Source of the DNA: Takakia lepidozioides
Taxonomy: Eukaryota > Plantae > Bryophyta
Length of the DNA: 64,000 nt
Assembly: GCA_030704615.1 (NCBI GenBank)
Contig: CM060733.1
Span: 50,964,001-51,028,000, forward strand
Direction: 5' to 3'
Shown here: piece by piece, positions 35,324 through 49,384 of the stretch
Numbering within the stretch: the stretch's first letter is position 1
How the letters are laid out: every line of letters begins with the position of its first letter
Program-made: the position numbers and the translations under genes
Notes under the pieces: model-generated
Databases searched by the model: none
Seen by the model: only the letters and a program-made list of their open reading frames with translations
Told to the model about the DNA's origin: nothing

Positions 35324-38300
35324 GTATTTGGATTCTGCACGAACAAATCGCAACGGGTGCGCAGAAACCCTGTCAACCCCTGTCAACCTCTGTTGATTAG
35401 TGACCTTGTGCGGTTAATACTGATCACTGGGTAACAGGCTCGTGGCAGGCTCCCTTGGCCAGAAATAAGGAGATAGTTTATCAAATCAATCAAGTGCAAG
35501 AAGGGGGTTTGTTGTCGTTGTAGGATTCGTACACCTTTCCCGTCAGGATGTCATCACTTCTACGTGCAAATGGCAATGCATGCTGATGCTCCAGAACTGC
35601 CTCCAACGGATGAAGGCTGCCTGCCTAGAATGACTCTAGTTGCTGCTATTGCTTGACTGCTGCATTGGAAGAGAAGGTGGAGTTATCAAAAGCCCAGAAC
35701 TGATGCGGATCAACTGCGTATACCGGCTTTTAGTTCAGCTCTGGTGGCCCCAATCTACATACTCTTTCAAGGTATTTTTCCAAGTTTACTGCTGATTGTG
35801 TTACTCGAACATCTGCGCTACAAGACTTACGCAATTCTAGATCAACAAAGAAGGTTCGGCTTGTAGTACTACCCCGACACAGCAAGATTGGGCAGTTTAA
35901 GCAGGTGCCAGACTGGCTGATCGCAACAAAACAAAAAGTCGCGAGCTCTTCGCTTAAGGTGATCATCACCGTGGTGCTTCTGTGTACGCCCCACAGGAGC
36001 ATGCTGAAAGTCGGGCACTCAACAGTAGCAACTTTCTATCAACTTACGCTCATGATAAGGAAACTCAACATAGGGGCCTATGCATGGGAATAAAGCTCAA
36101 TTCAAGATGATCAAGGGGTGCTGGAGAAAAAGAAAGTGACGGGAAACTTGTCTGGGAACTTACAGGACTTCATGAGAGCCAGCATGACTTCCCAGCCATC
36201 CATAGTGATGACCAGGGCTCCTTGTCCGCGATGCTAAAGCTTGCGGTTTACGGCATCGAGAAGAAATCACTCTTACAGCTGTACGAGCTGTCCGTCTGAC
36301 AACACCTTCAGATCATGCACAAGGTCACTTTTGAAAGACTTGTACATAACACCCACTCCCAGCAATCAGGTGAACTGCTATGAACCTGCAGGATCTTCCA
36401 TGACGTGATCAAAGGAGAAGGATACATCCGAGTGAAATGCTGAAGGAGACTATTACGACGTACAGGATAAACAGACTGCCCTATGATAATGACCGACTAG
36501 TGACCCACGCTGAACTCCATGGTCGGTATCACCACTCGGGCCCCAACTCGTGGGCCTGGCTGTCTGTTGGTATGTGAGAGAGAAAAAGAGAGATTGTTGC
36601 TATGCTCCAATCAGGTAAAGCTCAGACTAGCGTTGCTACCGAGACTTGGAGTTCGGAGCCGCGACCTAATAAGAAGGAAGACTAGTCCCAACTGTAATGA
36701 GGGTAGTACGTTGGAGAGAAACGAGAAAGGCACACAATAAGCCGCTACAAAACCTCAATCCAATACTACCCACAAGCACAGATTAGCCTACAGTCACCCT
36801 GAAGGCCGCCACCTGATCAATCACTACATAACTGTGCTGACGTACCACTTATCAACCACTTAGCAACTATAACTCCTCCATGATAGTTGCTTTAGATGTG
36901 TTTAAGAGATGTTTATAAAACGTTTTCGAGATCATACTGGAGAGGACTTATAGTACTGGTACCTAGCGGTGTAGCATGTACTGGATCAAACACCCACTAA
37001 TTGTGTATGTACTGCAGCCATCAAACTCTGAACACCACATCAGACATTGAAGGCGCACCAAATTGTGTTTACATGCACATAACAAGGACGAACGTTACTG
37101 TTTGATGCAAACTAAGATGTGATGGAATTCAGGTTATTGACACCTAGAAACAAGGTTTTGGGTAATCTCTCCTTATTATGGAGGATCAGTTAAGCCAAGA
37201 TGTACCCAATCTCCATAGAGGTTCCAAAATAAGAAACAAGCTAGTCCACAGACATGAGCCTATTGTAAGAACGAGGTGAAAGGTTCATGAAAAGACATCG
37301 CTTTGATTCGTGGACAACTGGATGGACAGATCATGATGGCAGGTGTGGTCTTAGGTGAAGAGCAGGTGGAGTAGAGACGGACAGAGAGCATGATGGCTGC
37401 ATTCACGCCTTGCCTACCTCAGCAGTACCGTCGTCCTCAAACTAGGTACCTGCAGGCTGCAACTCCCTCTCCTTCTCCAGAACTCCTGGCACTTGGCGTG
37501 CTGCTTATGAACACCTGACAAGAGCTCTACAATACCCCTCGCGCTGGCATCTTTCTGGAATAAAACCCTCACCTTGGAATGTTATTGGGATCGACATCCC
37601 TGTCCTTGGAAGGTCTTGCGTGTCCCTGACCACATTTAATTTCCTAATACTGGGCTGTGAAAGATGAACCACACGCATTGCATACCGTGTAGGTACACGA
37701 ACACATGGAAAGTTTGGGCTTACTTTACCTGCAGCTTGGTTTGTGGACTGTTGTATGGGTCACAGGATTGAGACCACCTCTTTTACTCCCTGGCCCCTGG
37801 GATGGGGATGATCCTGGAGTTGTGGTGCACTTTGGTTCCAAAGCTCGCAATCAGGTGAGAAACACATGCGGGGCTTGCCGCACGTACGTAGGTACATACC
37901 AAAAGCTCACCGGATGACTAAGTCCACTGCAATGTTGACTCAGGTAGAATAAGAGAGCAAGGCTCATCTGCCGCAGTCGCTTTGATCAATTCAGCGCGGC
38001 CCAGTTTCATTGTTTACCATTTTTTTGAGTGAAGGACAACCTTCTTTTTCTTTCTTTATAGTCCTGTCAAAGTTTGCCAGCTGAAAGCTCACTCTTTTTC
38101 AAGGTTCACCTCGTAGGAAATCCTGAGTTTCTATCTCAGATTTTTCCTTGGGTTGGTGTTGGAGTGGGGTGTATGAGAAAAAGTGAGGGCATGGTTTTCC
38201 TTTTCCTCATCACACTCTTGTTGCAGTTGTTCCCCCATTTTCTTATTCGTCTGGCAAGGCTTCAGAGTCAGACACGGAATGAGAATTTGCATTGAAAGCT

Positions 38301-39689
38301 CTGGAGTCTTAGACAGCAAGCTGCCTGACGGCACGCCCTCTGACATGAGAGTCGCCGGGGAATCCAACATGGAGCACTGGGGGCTAAATCATTTAGTAGC
38401 TGCATTCTGGCCACCTAACTAAATCCGCATAACTTCCATCCGATCGGATATTTCCACCTCTGACACAGGCGACCAAGCTTTCAATTCTTTCTAGACAACA
38501 GATGATGGGCGAGCAGGTGCTGTGAATGCGGTGTAAGTCATGTCTCCTAGTTATGGCTGATGAGCTGAGATGCATGGCAGGATACGACCACCGGCAATTT
38601 TGTCAAGAAGCAGCGTGCGCAAAAAAGCTCATCAAACCTGCAGATGTTCTTTCCGGCTGCAAACTTTTACAGCTCTACTATGAATGGGCATAATGCTCCA
38701 GGGAACACTTGCCCTCACCGCCTTGGTTGGATCTCTGCGTAGCACATAAGCGGTCAGAACGTGATATCTTTGATGATCTCTGGCTCTGGCCGCCATACCC
38801 GATCTGGCGGCGCTCAGCGACTGTACACAGCGTTTGATGAGTCTAGAAGCAAGAGCTTTTGGGTTTCCGGCGGAAATCAGAAGCAGTGTGATGAGATGGA
38901 TCATGGGATGGAAATGGCAGGTGGGTGGCCTTGATGATGCACCCCTCTCCCCAGTTTGGCTCGATCAGGCTTGTCACGAACATGGAATTGCACATTGTAA
39001 TTTGTGACTGTGCGATTCGGCCTCATCACACATCCATTCTCTTCAAACCCAACACCGAGGCAGTCAGTCAGTACAGTTCACAGCTAGTATCACCTAGATC
39101 CCTCGCCGCCCGTGTTCTCCAGCCAACTCAGATGATTGATATTGAGGTTTGTAGCCGCGTACATGTCAGTCTGTCAGGGTCTTTAGTATATTGCCAAATT
39201 GCAACCGACTACTCTCTCTGATTCTTTAGAATACTAGGTAAATTCGAAGAAAGGTCATGATCAAAGTCAGTAATTCGGTGACCTAACATATGCGTCAGTG
39301 GAATGTAATGGAACATGTTCTAACTCGGAATTCAGCAAGTAAACATTCTCCATACTAGCTTATTACGACTGTCGAACAAACAAGAACAAGTAACAGACAT
39401 CAAAAAATGATGCTGTCAGACAGATCTCAGGAACTCTCTTGTTGTTGAGAATCGAGATATGTTGCGACTTGCTCTGAAAGAACGAGAGAACCAACTCATG
39501 CTTTGATTCAGTTCTAAAAGGTTCTCAGTTCTGACAACCACACCACCTCATGGCCGCCTCATGGCTTCTTCAATGTGGTACTTCCCATTTGATATGAATG
39601 GCAAGGAATAGAATGTAAGGGTCTAAGGTGTAAGTTTCCACCTATTGTCAAAGTTGCAACATGAACTTTGATCAGACTGATAAACTTCC

Positions 39690-39908
39690 TGAAGTTACCC
39701 TCCTGATATTTGTGGATGCTGGTGGATGCTGGTGGTGTAAGGAACAACACTTGCAATGCTGGACCTTGTCACCTTATATAGGGAATTGCGTTGCATAGAT
39801 GAAGTACCCTCCTGATATTTGTGGATGCTGGTGGATGCTGGTGGTGTAAGGAACAACACTTGCAATGCTGGACCTTGTCACCTTATATAGGGAATTGCGT
39901 TGCATAGA
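39690..39908. repeat. Near-perfect ~109-bp tandem duplication
   Basis: taccctcctgatatttgtggatgctggtgg...gcgttgcataga at 39696-39799 and 39805-39908. Confidence 0.92.
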
Positions 39909-40506
39909 GATTATGTTGAAAGAAGGTGACAAGGAAGTCCTGCATGCTTCCTACTGCTTCAAATCCTTCAATAGAGGTTTGGACCCAGCTTCTGCAGATT
40001 TCCTTGAACAACAGAGACTGCTAATGTGACTGGAAGGTATATTGAAGCCCATGTTCACTGGGGATCGTTGATTATTACATTACACTGACTACCAACCACA
40101 AGCTCCAATGGAGTCATCAAAAAAATATGCAGGAGGACAAGCTTGGTCACAAAAGCAGTCCCTCTTTCACCCATCTAATGGCAACAGCTCTGTGGATTAT
40201 TCACCTAGCATTTCAACCCTCTGGAGCCTCGGGTTCTTTCAATTCAAACCCTTACAAAACCTGAGTTGTGAATAAACTGAACTTCGCTAGCATTCCCTAT
40301 CTCGTCAATAACAGAATATAAATACTCTCTTCCTCTGTGTGTGTGTGTGTGGTGTGTGTGTGTCTCTTGCTCTTGCTCATAATATTATCACCAGACTTTG
40401 GCCAAATAAGTGAACGAAGCTACAAGAGCAACAGTAAATTGAAAAAACCTCCCTACATTATAGTGAAGGACTCAATAACTAGGGCAAGGGCCCCAGGGAT
40501 GAATAG

Positions 40507-43500
40507 TTAGGTCAGCCAAGGGAAGACCTTTGGAGAGCTTGGAAGTCGAGCAGTAAGCACTTCCACTCCCGTCTCCGTAACCTTCAAACAACAAATAAAG
40601 CAACTTTAGGATTTGACAAAGAGAAGGGGGGGAAGATCAGTCTTGCCTCCCTTACAGATTTTCGAAATTCCATGAACAGTAAAAGACATGTTAAGGAGTT
40701 CACTAGCAAATCAAGAGGATGACAACGGAATTCACCAAGAGAGTGTGCTCAAATTGGGCACTACGCTTTCCATCTGCAGTGACAGCCGTCCAGCCATCGG
40801 GCCACATTCGATCCCGCCAGATCCCTGCTTACACCCTTCAATTAGCACCTCTCTCCAGACTCTCTCCCTATCTGAACCATCCAAAGCAGGCAAGGGTCTT
40901 GGGTCTTGCACTACAACACTCTCCCCTTAAGCTCTGCATCTCAACTACATCCAAATTCAGTGGAAAGGCTACAGACAGCATGGGTTGGTAAGTGTCACAT
41001 GGCTTTCATTGAGATTCATGGATGTTTGTGTTTGGACATAGCAAATGTGACAAGGGTAGGGGGAGAAGAAGAACATCTGGGTTATTGAGGTTGAAGCTGA
41101 CCTGCATTGATCATGGGTTCAATTGTGAACGTTTGACCCGCCTTCATCACTCCCACAGCTTTGTTGCCTATGGATTGTAGTCAAGAAAGTTCTTTCTCTT
41201 TCTCTCTCTCCTCTACTTCGTTCCGCCCAAACTAGGTGCCACAAGGCTACCATTAACAACCTCTCACAAGTACATTCTCTCCTCTTCTTCATCCTCTGTT
41301 GTTGGTTGGTTTGAGAGGAAAGAGGGAACCCATAACAAAAACTACAACAAGCACCTCAATCACAACATTGGCCAGCAAAAAAACATCATAAAGCTGTCGG
41401 AAAGACCAAGGGCTGAGACTAACACAAGTACAAGCCTGGCATGTTAATGCAGACCAAGCTCACTGAACCAGCCAGCCACAAAGCCAGAAAGCCTCAAGAA
41501 AATAGCAAATTTAATACCTGTTCTATATGCTACAAGCAGGACAGAAAGCTACCATGCTTGCAGGGCATGAAGAATCCCACCACAAGACAGCAAGGCTGCC
41601 AACCGGCTGCAGATGGGAAAAAACGAAAGAGACCAAATACACATTGTAGCTCTGTGAGTGAGGATACGAGAATAGTGTGGGATGTTTGGAGCACAATGGA
41701 AGAGCTCGCCTACTCCATGTCCACAGTATGACTTCACCTGTATACCAATATGGCAGTAATTAACATTCCCATTCAGCCACCCATACCATCCAAAGCCTCT
41801 AGCTCCATAGAAAGTCATATAGAGATCAAGACCCACAGATATCTTTTGATAACAGTCACATGAAGTGTCTGTTTGAGAACATACCACAGACAGACCAGCA
41901 AGAGACGCATGTCGGCTTATCACCTCCCCAACCTCACGGTATCGCACACCAGGCTTCACTGCCATTTCCATGCATACATTATTATCCTTTCTTCATGATA
42001 TAGAAATATACCAACAGCTACAGATAACAGAGCCACACAGCTTGACAAACAATCTCTCTTTGTCAGAAACACAAAAAATACCGATTTGAATCACATTTCT
42101 TTTCATCTTGTGGCTTTCTGTGTGTCCTTGCCTCTTTCTAGCCAACATAACTTGATCGCATGAGGTAGTACCAGTGAAAGATAATGTGCACACTGATAGA
42201 TAATGTGTAGACGAGTTGGAACCAAGCTTGTTTCACTCAGCTTTGGTCACATTCCTATTCCCTGCCTCTTTCCTAAAGAATGGTATCAAGCCAAGACTCT
42301 AGAGGAAACCATAACAACCTCTCCCTCCTTGCTTCATGAGATGGAAGGGAGGGAACGTAGGAGGGAAACCGTGACAGACCAATGGCAATGGCCTTCTCCA
42401 GGCATTCATAGGTTGTCTGCACCAGTAGTTTTGATGCCTCATCCACTTGGCCCACAAAAAAGGTCTCATTCAAATCACCTGTTTTCCACAACTTCAACAG
42501 CTTAGCATTTGAGCACTTGCACAAGCCATGTCAGAAACCACCAAGTAATAGTGTAGCTGGGTAATCTGCAGAGAGAGATATTTCAGACCCCTTTCAAGTG
42601 GCGGTCATCATGAGTAGGACCACCTTCACTTAAGAGTCAGCCCATTGGCCTCCATCATCCACTGGGATGAAAGTAAAGATCAAATTCTACATGTCATGTT
42701 TCCAGCATGAGATTACATCCTTTAGCAGTAGTGAGGGCGACAAAATAGTGTGTTTACTATAAAGAGACTGAAATTGGTATATGAATCCAACAGAACTGTG
42801 TGTTTTCAAAATTTTCATTCGGCCTAAGTGAAATGACAAGCTCCAGCTGATTGCAGCATCTGACTACTAAGACAGCCTTCAAATGAGTCTCTCTCAGACA
42901 AAAGGAGAATGGAGCTATACTTCACACAGCTACCATGAACAGACTTCCACCGAAAATGTCAACAACCAAGACACTCCACATCTACAGAGTCATAGACAGA
43001 GACTTACCATGGCAACCATTCAAGTAGACAGTGACATCCACATTCACAATGTCACCCTCCTCTAATTGCCTGCAGAACCATGAGCTCGGTTGAATAAACT
43101 CTTTGATTAAAACAGAAAATTCAAGTCACTGTAAGTTTGACCACATTTGATTTCGAGTTTACCTTGCATCAGGAATGCCATGGCAAATAATTTCGTTCAC
43201 TGACCTGCCATCCCAACCACAGTGGACATCAGAAGCATGAGGTGTTAATGATGCTGTCACATATTAACTTGGAAAAATACTTGATTTGGCTGGGAGGGAG
43301 GAGTGAGAGAGTCCCACTCCACCACCAAGAAAAGGACATAAAGGAGATGCACAAAATAGAGATGTTCCAAGGGATATGGACACCATGACGAACCAATAGT
43401 GCAGACCAGTAAAGGAAGCGGGTCTCACGTGCAGCAGGACTTTGGAAAGAAATGATAGTTCAGAGGGGACGGGTACCCACCTGCAAACACCCATACCACC

Positions 43501-45980
43501 TTTCAGCAATCTCTCCTTCTCTCTCTGAAGACTAGGGAAGGTTAGCAGGAAAGTAGACTGCCAGAGAGGAATGGTTGTGCCCACCCGCAGCTATAGTGGC
43601 TTCATGCACTATCTTGTCAATCTCATCAGTTGTCACTCCTGGCCTTACTGCTCTCGCTGCCACATCCAGCACATGTCTGGCAACCTGCACAGTTTGTGCT
43701 CCATCCATTTTAGCACCTACACAAAAGTGTGCTTTGAGTGTCCTCAAACCCCTCCCCTATCACTTCACTGTTTTGACGATAAAAGGGGGACAGAACACAG
43801 AACACACTTAAGAGCTCAAACCTTCTCTCTATTTCAAGCCTTTCGTGACAGCTTGATCTTGTTATGCACTAAACTTTGCTTTCATAACAGAAGTTCATAC
43901 CTTGCATGTTTCTCGCAACCTCCCAATCTGCTCTGGAGTCTTCATCTGCCAATAATACAACACCTTACCGATGAGCCGAATATGAAGCAATCTGGCCTCA
44001 GCCCCAAAACCCCGAGTGAACTTGCCCTAAAGGACTAGAACAACAATTTTGATCGCATTGGGTGAGAGGAAGACGAAAATCAGAAGTTTGGATGGATACC
44101 CACCTCGACACTGTTTTGCCACTCACTATTCATCTCCAGAAGTGGCCTTCCCTGTGCAGTCAAGAGCAAGGAAGAGCAGTAAGTCCTTCACACAAACCTA
44201 ACTAATCGTCAAGGTAACACTGGAATAATAAGGTCAAATTGTGGATTCATCTCAAACACTAGGGCAGCACTGGCAGTACATCTACCCATATCAAAAAGCC
44301 TTTGGCGTCACATCATCAAGGATAGGTGGGATTGTAGACTGGTACTCAATGATCAATGCTGAGGGACTAGATTTCAACCAAGACACACCTATGAGTGACG
44401 CCCTAAAAAAAATACGGTCCACTCCCAAATTATATCTGACCAAGACCTAAAACATAGTACATCCTGCTGGTGCCTTAGGATTTTTTACGAAGAAAAACTA
44501 ATGCTTTAGCGGATTTCCATTCCAAGCCCATTCCTTTTTCGTCCATTCGATGATCTGGATGAGGGTGTGCAACAAGATAGAGAGAAAGGGAAAGAGGGTG
44601 CAGAATGAAACCGTTGATGCCCAGTCAGGACGGGGGTTCTTCTCAGGGACAAGGTGTCGTGGTGAGATAGGATATGGCCTCAAAGGACTGACTTGCCATC
44701 CCACATTCAACAACGCACCGAAAATCGGTTGTCAGCACCAACTCTCGACTAGCAACTGGGGACATCCGATTTGTCAGCACTTTCAGACAGAAATAGTGCT
44801 GAACAGAAGCACTCATGAAAACTTCCAAGACCCCTGGAAGATGGAGAAGAGAAGTAGAAGGACTACGTACCCAGTCCAATCAAAGTAAGGAAGCTGATGG
44901 CTGCGTCTTTGACCCTTGCCAAGGCAATACAGCCATCCTTGTGCTAATGCTACAGACAGCTGATCCTGCGGTTTCTCTGACTCTGGCACCTGTTTTTGGC
45001 CCGTTTGGCTATGCACTGATTTGTGGGCACTCCAAGCCTGCTTGAAGCATTCCTGTGAGCTGTCCCCATTGCCCATAAATTCAGGTTCTTAGCCTTGGAA
45101 AGAGAATCAACTAGAAGCTCCTCCCTCATCAGCTAATTTGGGGTTTTGTATTTCAAAGTCAAACCTAGTATGGCTTAGCAAGTATTTCATCATTCTGTTT
45201 GCAATACACATCACACATGTCATCCAAGGATTCATGAATAAATACAGAAATAAGCATGATGATGTGATAACAGAAGTTCTGACAGAAACTAAAAATTCAA
45301 TCAGAAGGTACCAAAAAGCTGCATTTGCTCGGGGCAGCTTCAGCTCCAGACATTTTGGGCATCTGCCAAATCACCCACAAGACATCATCATCTTCCTCGT
45401 TAACTCCTAGCTCACTGATAGTCCATATAGCTCCTTCTCTCTGAATCATGTCTCACGTGCCACTCTGCCCTGCCTCGTAAAAAAGAGGCAGACGCAACAC
45501 AATAATAATTATGTTTAGTGTTTCCTTGTCTAGCTTTGACATGCTATGTAACACTCTCTTTCTTATACTTCCCCAAAATTGGCAAGATCGCATACAGGGG
45601 TTTGCTCCCACATAAACCTCGGTCTAATTTAAACGCGGATGTGTAAACACCAGCATATCATTCGACCTGTAGCATCCACTATGCTGAACCAGATGACAAC
45701 TAGCGCTTTTGCAATTATAAAGATGCGGAAACCTTGCAGCCCTCGACAAACCCAGAATCGAACAGTCAAAGCCTCCTCACAAACGACTACGGATTGAATT
45801 TGAGCTCTACTGTAGTCGGTTTCAAACGCTAGTGCGTAGGAGTGAGGGTGTGGGCCAGAGAGAGAGAGAGAGAGAGAGATTTGAAATAAAACAAACTCAC
45901 TGAAGGCGGGCGCCCTTGCTGCAGCGTACACAAGCCAGATCCGATCCTAGCTCCCCATCGCCACTCCTTCCGCTCTCCAT
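40507..45980 (-). CDS. MAP1A: Cytosolic methionine aminopeptidase 1A with N-terminal zinc finger, ~16 exons
   Basis: Start MESGRSG...[11 protein letters not shown]|CPKC at 45980. Exons encode [18 protein letters not shown] (43480-43429), [65 protein letters not shown], and [24 protein letters not shown] ending at 40507. Confidence 0.96.
41219..41281 (+). mobile_element. Degenerate terminal fragment of the (TC)n-tailed LINE in a MAP1A intron
   Basis: gttccgcccaaactaggtgccacaaggctac...caagtacattctct, lying between TC-rich tracts. Confidence 0.65.
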
Positions 45981-46797
45981 CCTCTCTCCGCCGTTACCTC
46001 TTCCCCTCACAGAATCTAATAACTTCACTACAGCTAACCCCTATCTACCTATTACTCACAAATTCTTCAGAGCCAGACTCGGGAAAGCATCAAGCACTGG
46101 ATTGTTGCCACATTCATCTCAATACACTGAATCAACAGTACAAATGCTGAGCCCCTCTGAAAAAAACTAAAGACAGGGTTGAAAATTGAGACTTGACTAG
46201 GTATTTCTTTCTGTTTTTTTTAATCAATCCAAGGGGACAGATGCCCAGTTGAAGGCTTTAACTTATATAAAGGTAGAGGGAACAGAAAAAAAAATAACCT
46301 TGAGTTGGGTTCAATAAGGCTGATAGGGGGTTCAACCAGTGATGACAAGGTGTCTAGAGCCCCAGTAGACCAACTTCTGTTTTAGCTAGCTTGGTTAGCA
46401 CTGCCCCCATTCTTTGCTCATCTGTAAGATAGATCCCAAAGGGCTGACCTCACAGGATGTGACTGTCCCCAACCATTTGAGACCCATAGCTTCCTTCAAC
46501 CCAGTTGGGGAGTCACCAATTGTGGAGTCACCAACCAGAAGGACCACTGTTCTTGATCGATTGACTTTCAAACCAGAGGCTTTCACAGAAGGTGGATAGA
46601 GTGGTGGTGGCTGCAGACAGGTTTGGTGGGCTAGCTTGTCCGTATAGAACTGTGTCATCCACAGTTCTATACCCCAGTGTGCAGATGTAGAGGTTTGCAA
46701 ACCCTTAATGTCTGGGTAGAACCCTGTCAAAGAATTATTTTGAAAAACATTCAAGGTTACTTCTGGCTTCCAGGTATGTCTAATGTGAGGTTTGGTC

Positions 46798-47050
46798 CAG
46801 TGTTGTGCGGGTTTTGCCTTTTTAAGGAACCCGCCGGGTCCGGGTGCGGGTTTTTTTGTGGAGCTAAGTCCAGGTCCGGATCCGGGTTTTTGAAATTTGG
46901 AAAATCCGGGTCCGGGTCCAGGTTTGTCAACACGGACTCGGGTTAGGGTCCGGGTAGTTGTTGGGAAATATTAGCAGGTTCACGGGTTCGGATCCGGGTC
47001 CTAATTTATTGATTAATATTAATTAAATCCTAATAATGAATTTTTATTTT
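46798..47050. mobile_element. Single end of a hAT-like DNA transposon; partner end not found
   Basis: Begins cagtgttg, the same terminus as the MITE at 47451, followed by many ccgggtc subterminal repeats. Confidence 0.55.
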
Positions 47051-47450
47051 AAGAGACATTCCTTCAAAATGTACCATGAATATGAATATGTATACCACGA
47101 ATAAGAATTAAAAATAGAAGTTTGAGTTCCATTTTCTATTTTTCAATATCAATTCTTTAAACAATGCTAAGGTGTTGGCTGGCCTTCGCGGCACTGTCCA
47201 GTTTGTCCATGATATCTTTGATGGGGCAGACAACCTTGGTTTCAGTTTGAACACACGCCACTTTGAGGGCCTCTATGAAGGTGGGGTATGGCTAGAAGTG
47301 AAGCGTTCAGTGTAAAGGAGCATCCGTAGTTCCTGGCTCCCTGCTATAGAATGGGCTCCTCTCCGTATTTTGTCTTACCCTCTGGGTCCAGTACACTGTA
47401 TTTTCAAAATTATATTTACCCTTCAGACATTAAAAAAACCTCGTGTATAC

Positions 47451-48248
47451 CAGTGTTGGACTGGTATATAGGTCTGGCCGGGTATCAACCAGGGTATTGA
47501 ATAGCCGACCCGGCTGGTATTGGCAACTCCAATACTATGGTTGATAACCGGACTGGCTGGTATTGCCAACGCAATACCGGGGTGCATACCCGCAAAAACA
47601 AGGACTATACCATGGTATGAATAGGAAATTGGCTAGGTGCACAATATGTCAGGGTCAGGGTAAGAGGGTGCACATGTGAGGGAGGGCCGGTCCAGCCCCA
47701 AGGGCCCGCCACTATGCTTCATTTCTTACCACATGTAGGGCGGGCCCGCCCCTATATATTTATTTATTTATTTTTAGCACATGTAGGGTGTCTTAGGAGG
47801 ACCTCATTGCAGATGCTGGTTTATTTGACGATGAGGGTTGCAATCACTCTTCTTTTAACTAAGCTTGCTTCAATTTGGATACTAAAATCTGCAACATTGT
47901 TATTATGTAATGCAAAGACTGAATTTTGCAACATAATAATCAATTTTTGTGAAATCAACTGAAATCTTCTAAATTCAATACATATTAATGATTTAGTGGT
48001 TATTTTTATTTATTTTTATTATTTATACCCGGGTTGATAACCGGCTGGTATTAGATTGGATACCCATCCTATTGATACCCCCTCCGCAAATCGAAAATCA
48101 TACTACTATTGAGAACCGGCGGGTATTAAAATTAAGGGAATATTTCAATATTATGGAACCGGCTGGTATTGCAAATTAATTTCTTTTCAATACCCGGACC
48201 CGGCTGGTATTAGAAAAAGTAATACCCTGTAATACCCGCCCAACACTG
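47451..48248. mobile_element. Non-autonomous hAT-type element (MITE), 798 bp
   Basis: TIRs cagtgttgg...ccaacactg. 8-bp TSD gtgtatac at 47443-47450 and 48249-48256. Subterminal ccggctggtatt repeats at both ends. Confidence 0.9.
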
Positions 48249-49384
48249 GTGTATACCCTGAGGGTATAAATAAATATCGAGTATGGTTAAATAGATATAT
48301 TTTTACTGTTTATCTAATTATTTATTCAAGATATATGAGCAATATATTCAACAATGCTTGCAATATTGACAAAATAATTCAGGGTAACATAGTGCCGTAA
48401 CACAACTTTGCGAGCTCCAATTTGTATAGGAGGAGCACAAAGATATATTGGAACAGCCACAAGAGGGGTTGATCAGCAAGTGCAACAGGAGCTATGAGGA
48501 GCTCTTGCCTTCTTCTTCTTCTTCTTCTTTTCTTTTTTTTTTTTTGGCAAAAGGCCGTTGAAAGGGCCGGAAATATATTAATAGAAACAATATTACCATT
48601 ATTAACACTTACCTCAAATTTTTGCTAAAAATACGACATTTTTAACATTCAGACACTGTAGTAAATATTGGAGGTTGGGTAGGGTGCGGTCAAGCTAGCG
48701 TTGGCATGAGCCTCTTACCCGAGCAGATAGGCATATTCTGCATATTCCCTAGAAATCCTGAGAATATGCTATAACGAAACCAAAACCAAACGGCGTTCAC
48801 ACGAAAAATATTACGAAATTATCCAAAATCTCGTGAAAACCGTGCTCGCGCGACAAAACCTAGGAAACTAATTGTCCAAAGTTGAACTCCCGTGAGCACA
48901 TACAACCACAAATATTTCTGCCAGAACCCAAAGTTTAGCAAATACAGAGGGAAAACAATGCAAGTACTGTGAAGTTAGAGGTATATTGCGACAGGCATGG
49001 ACTCTGGATTTGGAATATTGGGAAAAGGCAGCACAATTTGTACATGGACTTTGTGGGAAGAACATCCCTAGCTCTTGGACATTCTTGATACCTGTGCTCC
49101 TGGGATCTCCAGCCCTCTACCACTCACTGGCCAGGTTCAAGTGGTTCTCAAAAGTGAGGGTCTTCTGCAATTGGACACCTGACCACCACAGAGTGTAATA
49201 TACGTGAACTTGCATTGCAAAGTTTCATCACAATCGTGAGAAACGAATGCATCACACCCAATCCCAAACAAGAGCATATCCATGCTCTTAAAAAGAATGA
49301 AGGGTGGTGGGAATGCTCCTGTAGATTCATTTGACCCAGCTGATTTGATGTCACGAAGTCTCTCAGCGAAGCAGAATCTTACAC

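Noticed and set aside
35324-35386. N-terminal extension of the kinase from the TTG at 35386
   Set aside because: The family-like N-terminus MGLSC begins at the ATG at 35323.
35400-39600. Short ORFs and exon-like segments on the minus strand (e.g. 38632-38904, 38131-38370, 37573-37626, 37450-37514) suggesting a hidden gene
   Set aside because: No recognisable domain, and no consistent in-phase exon chain could be built. It may be UTR, lncRNA or a decayed gene; RNA-seq is needed.
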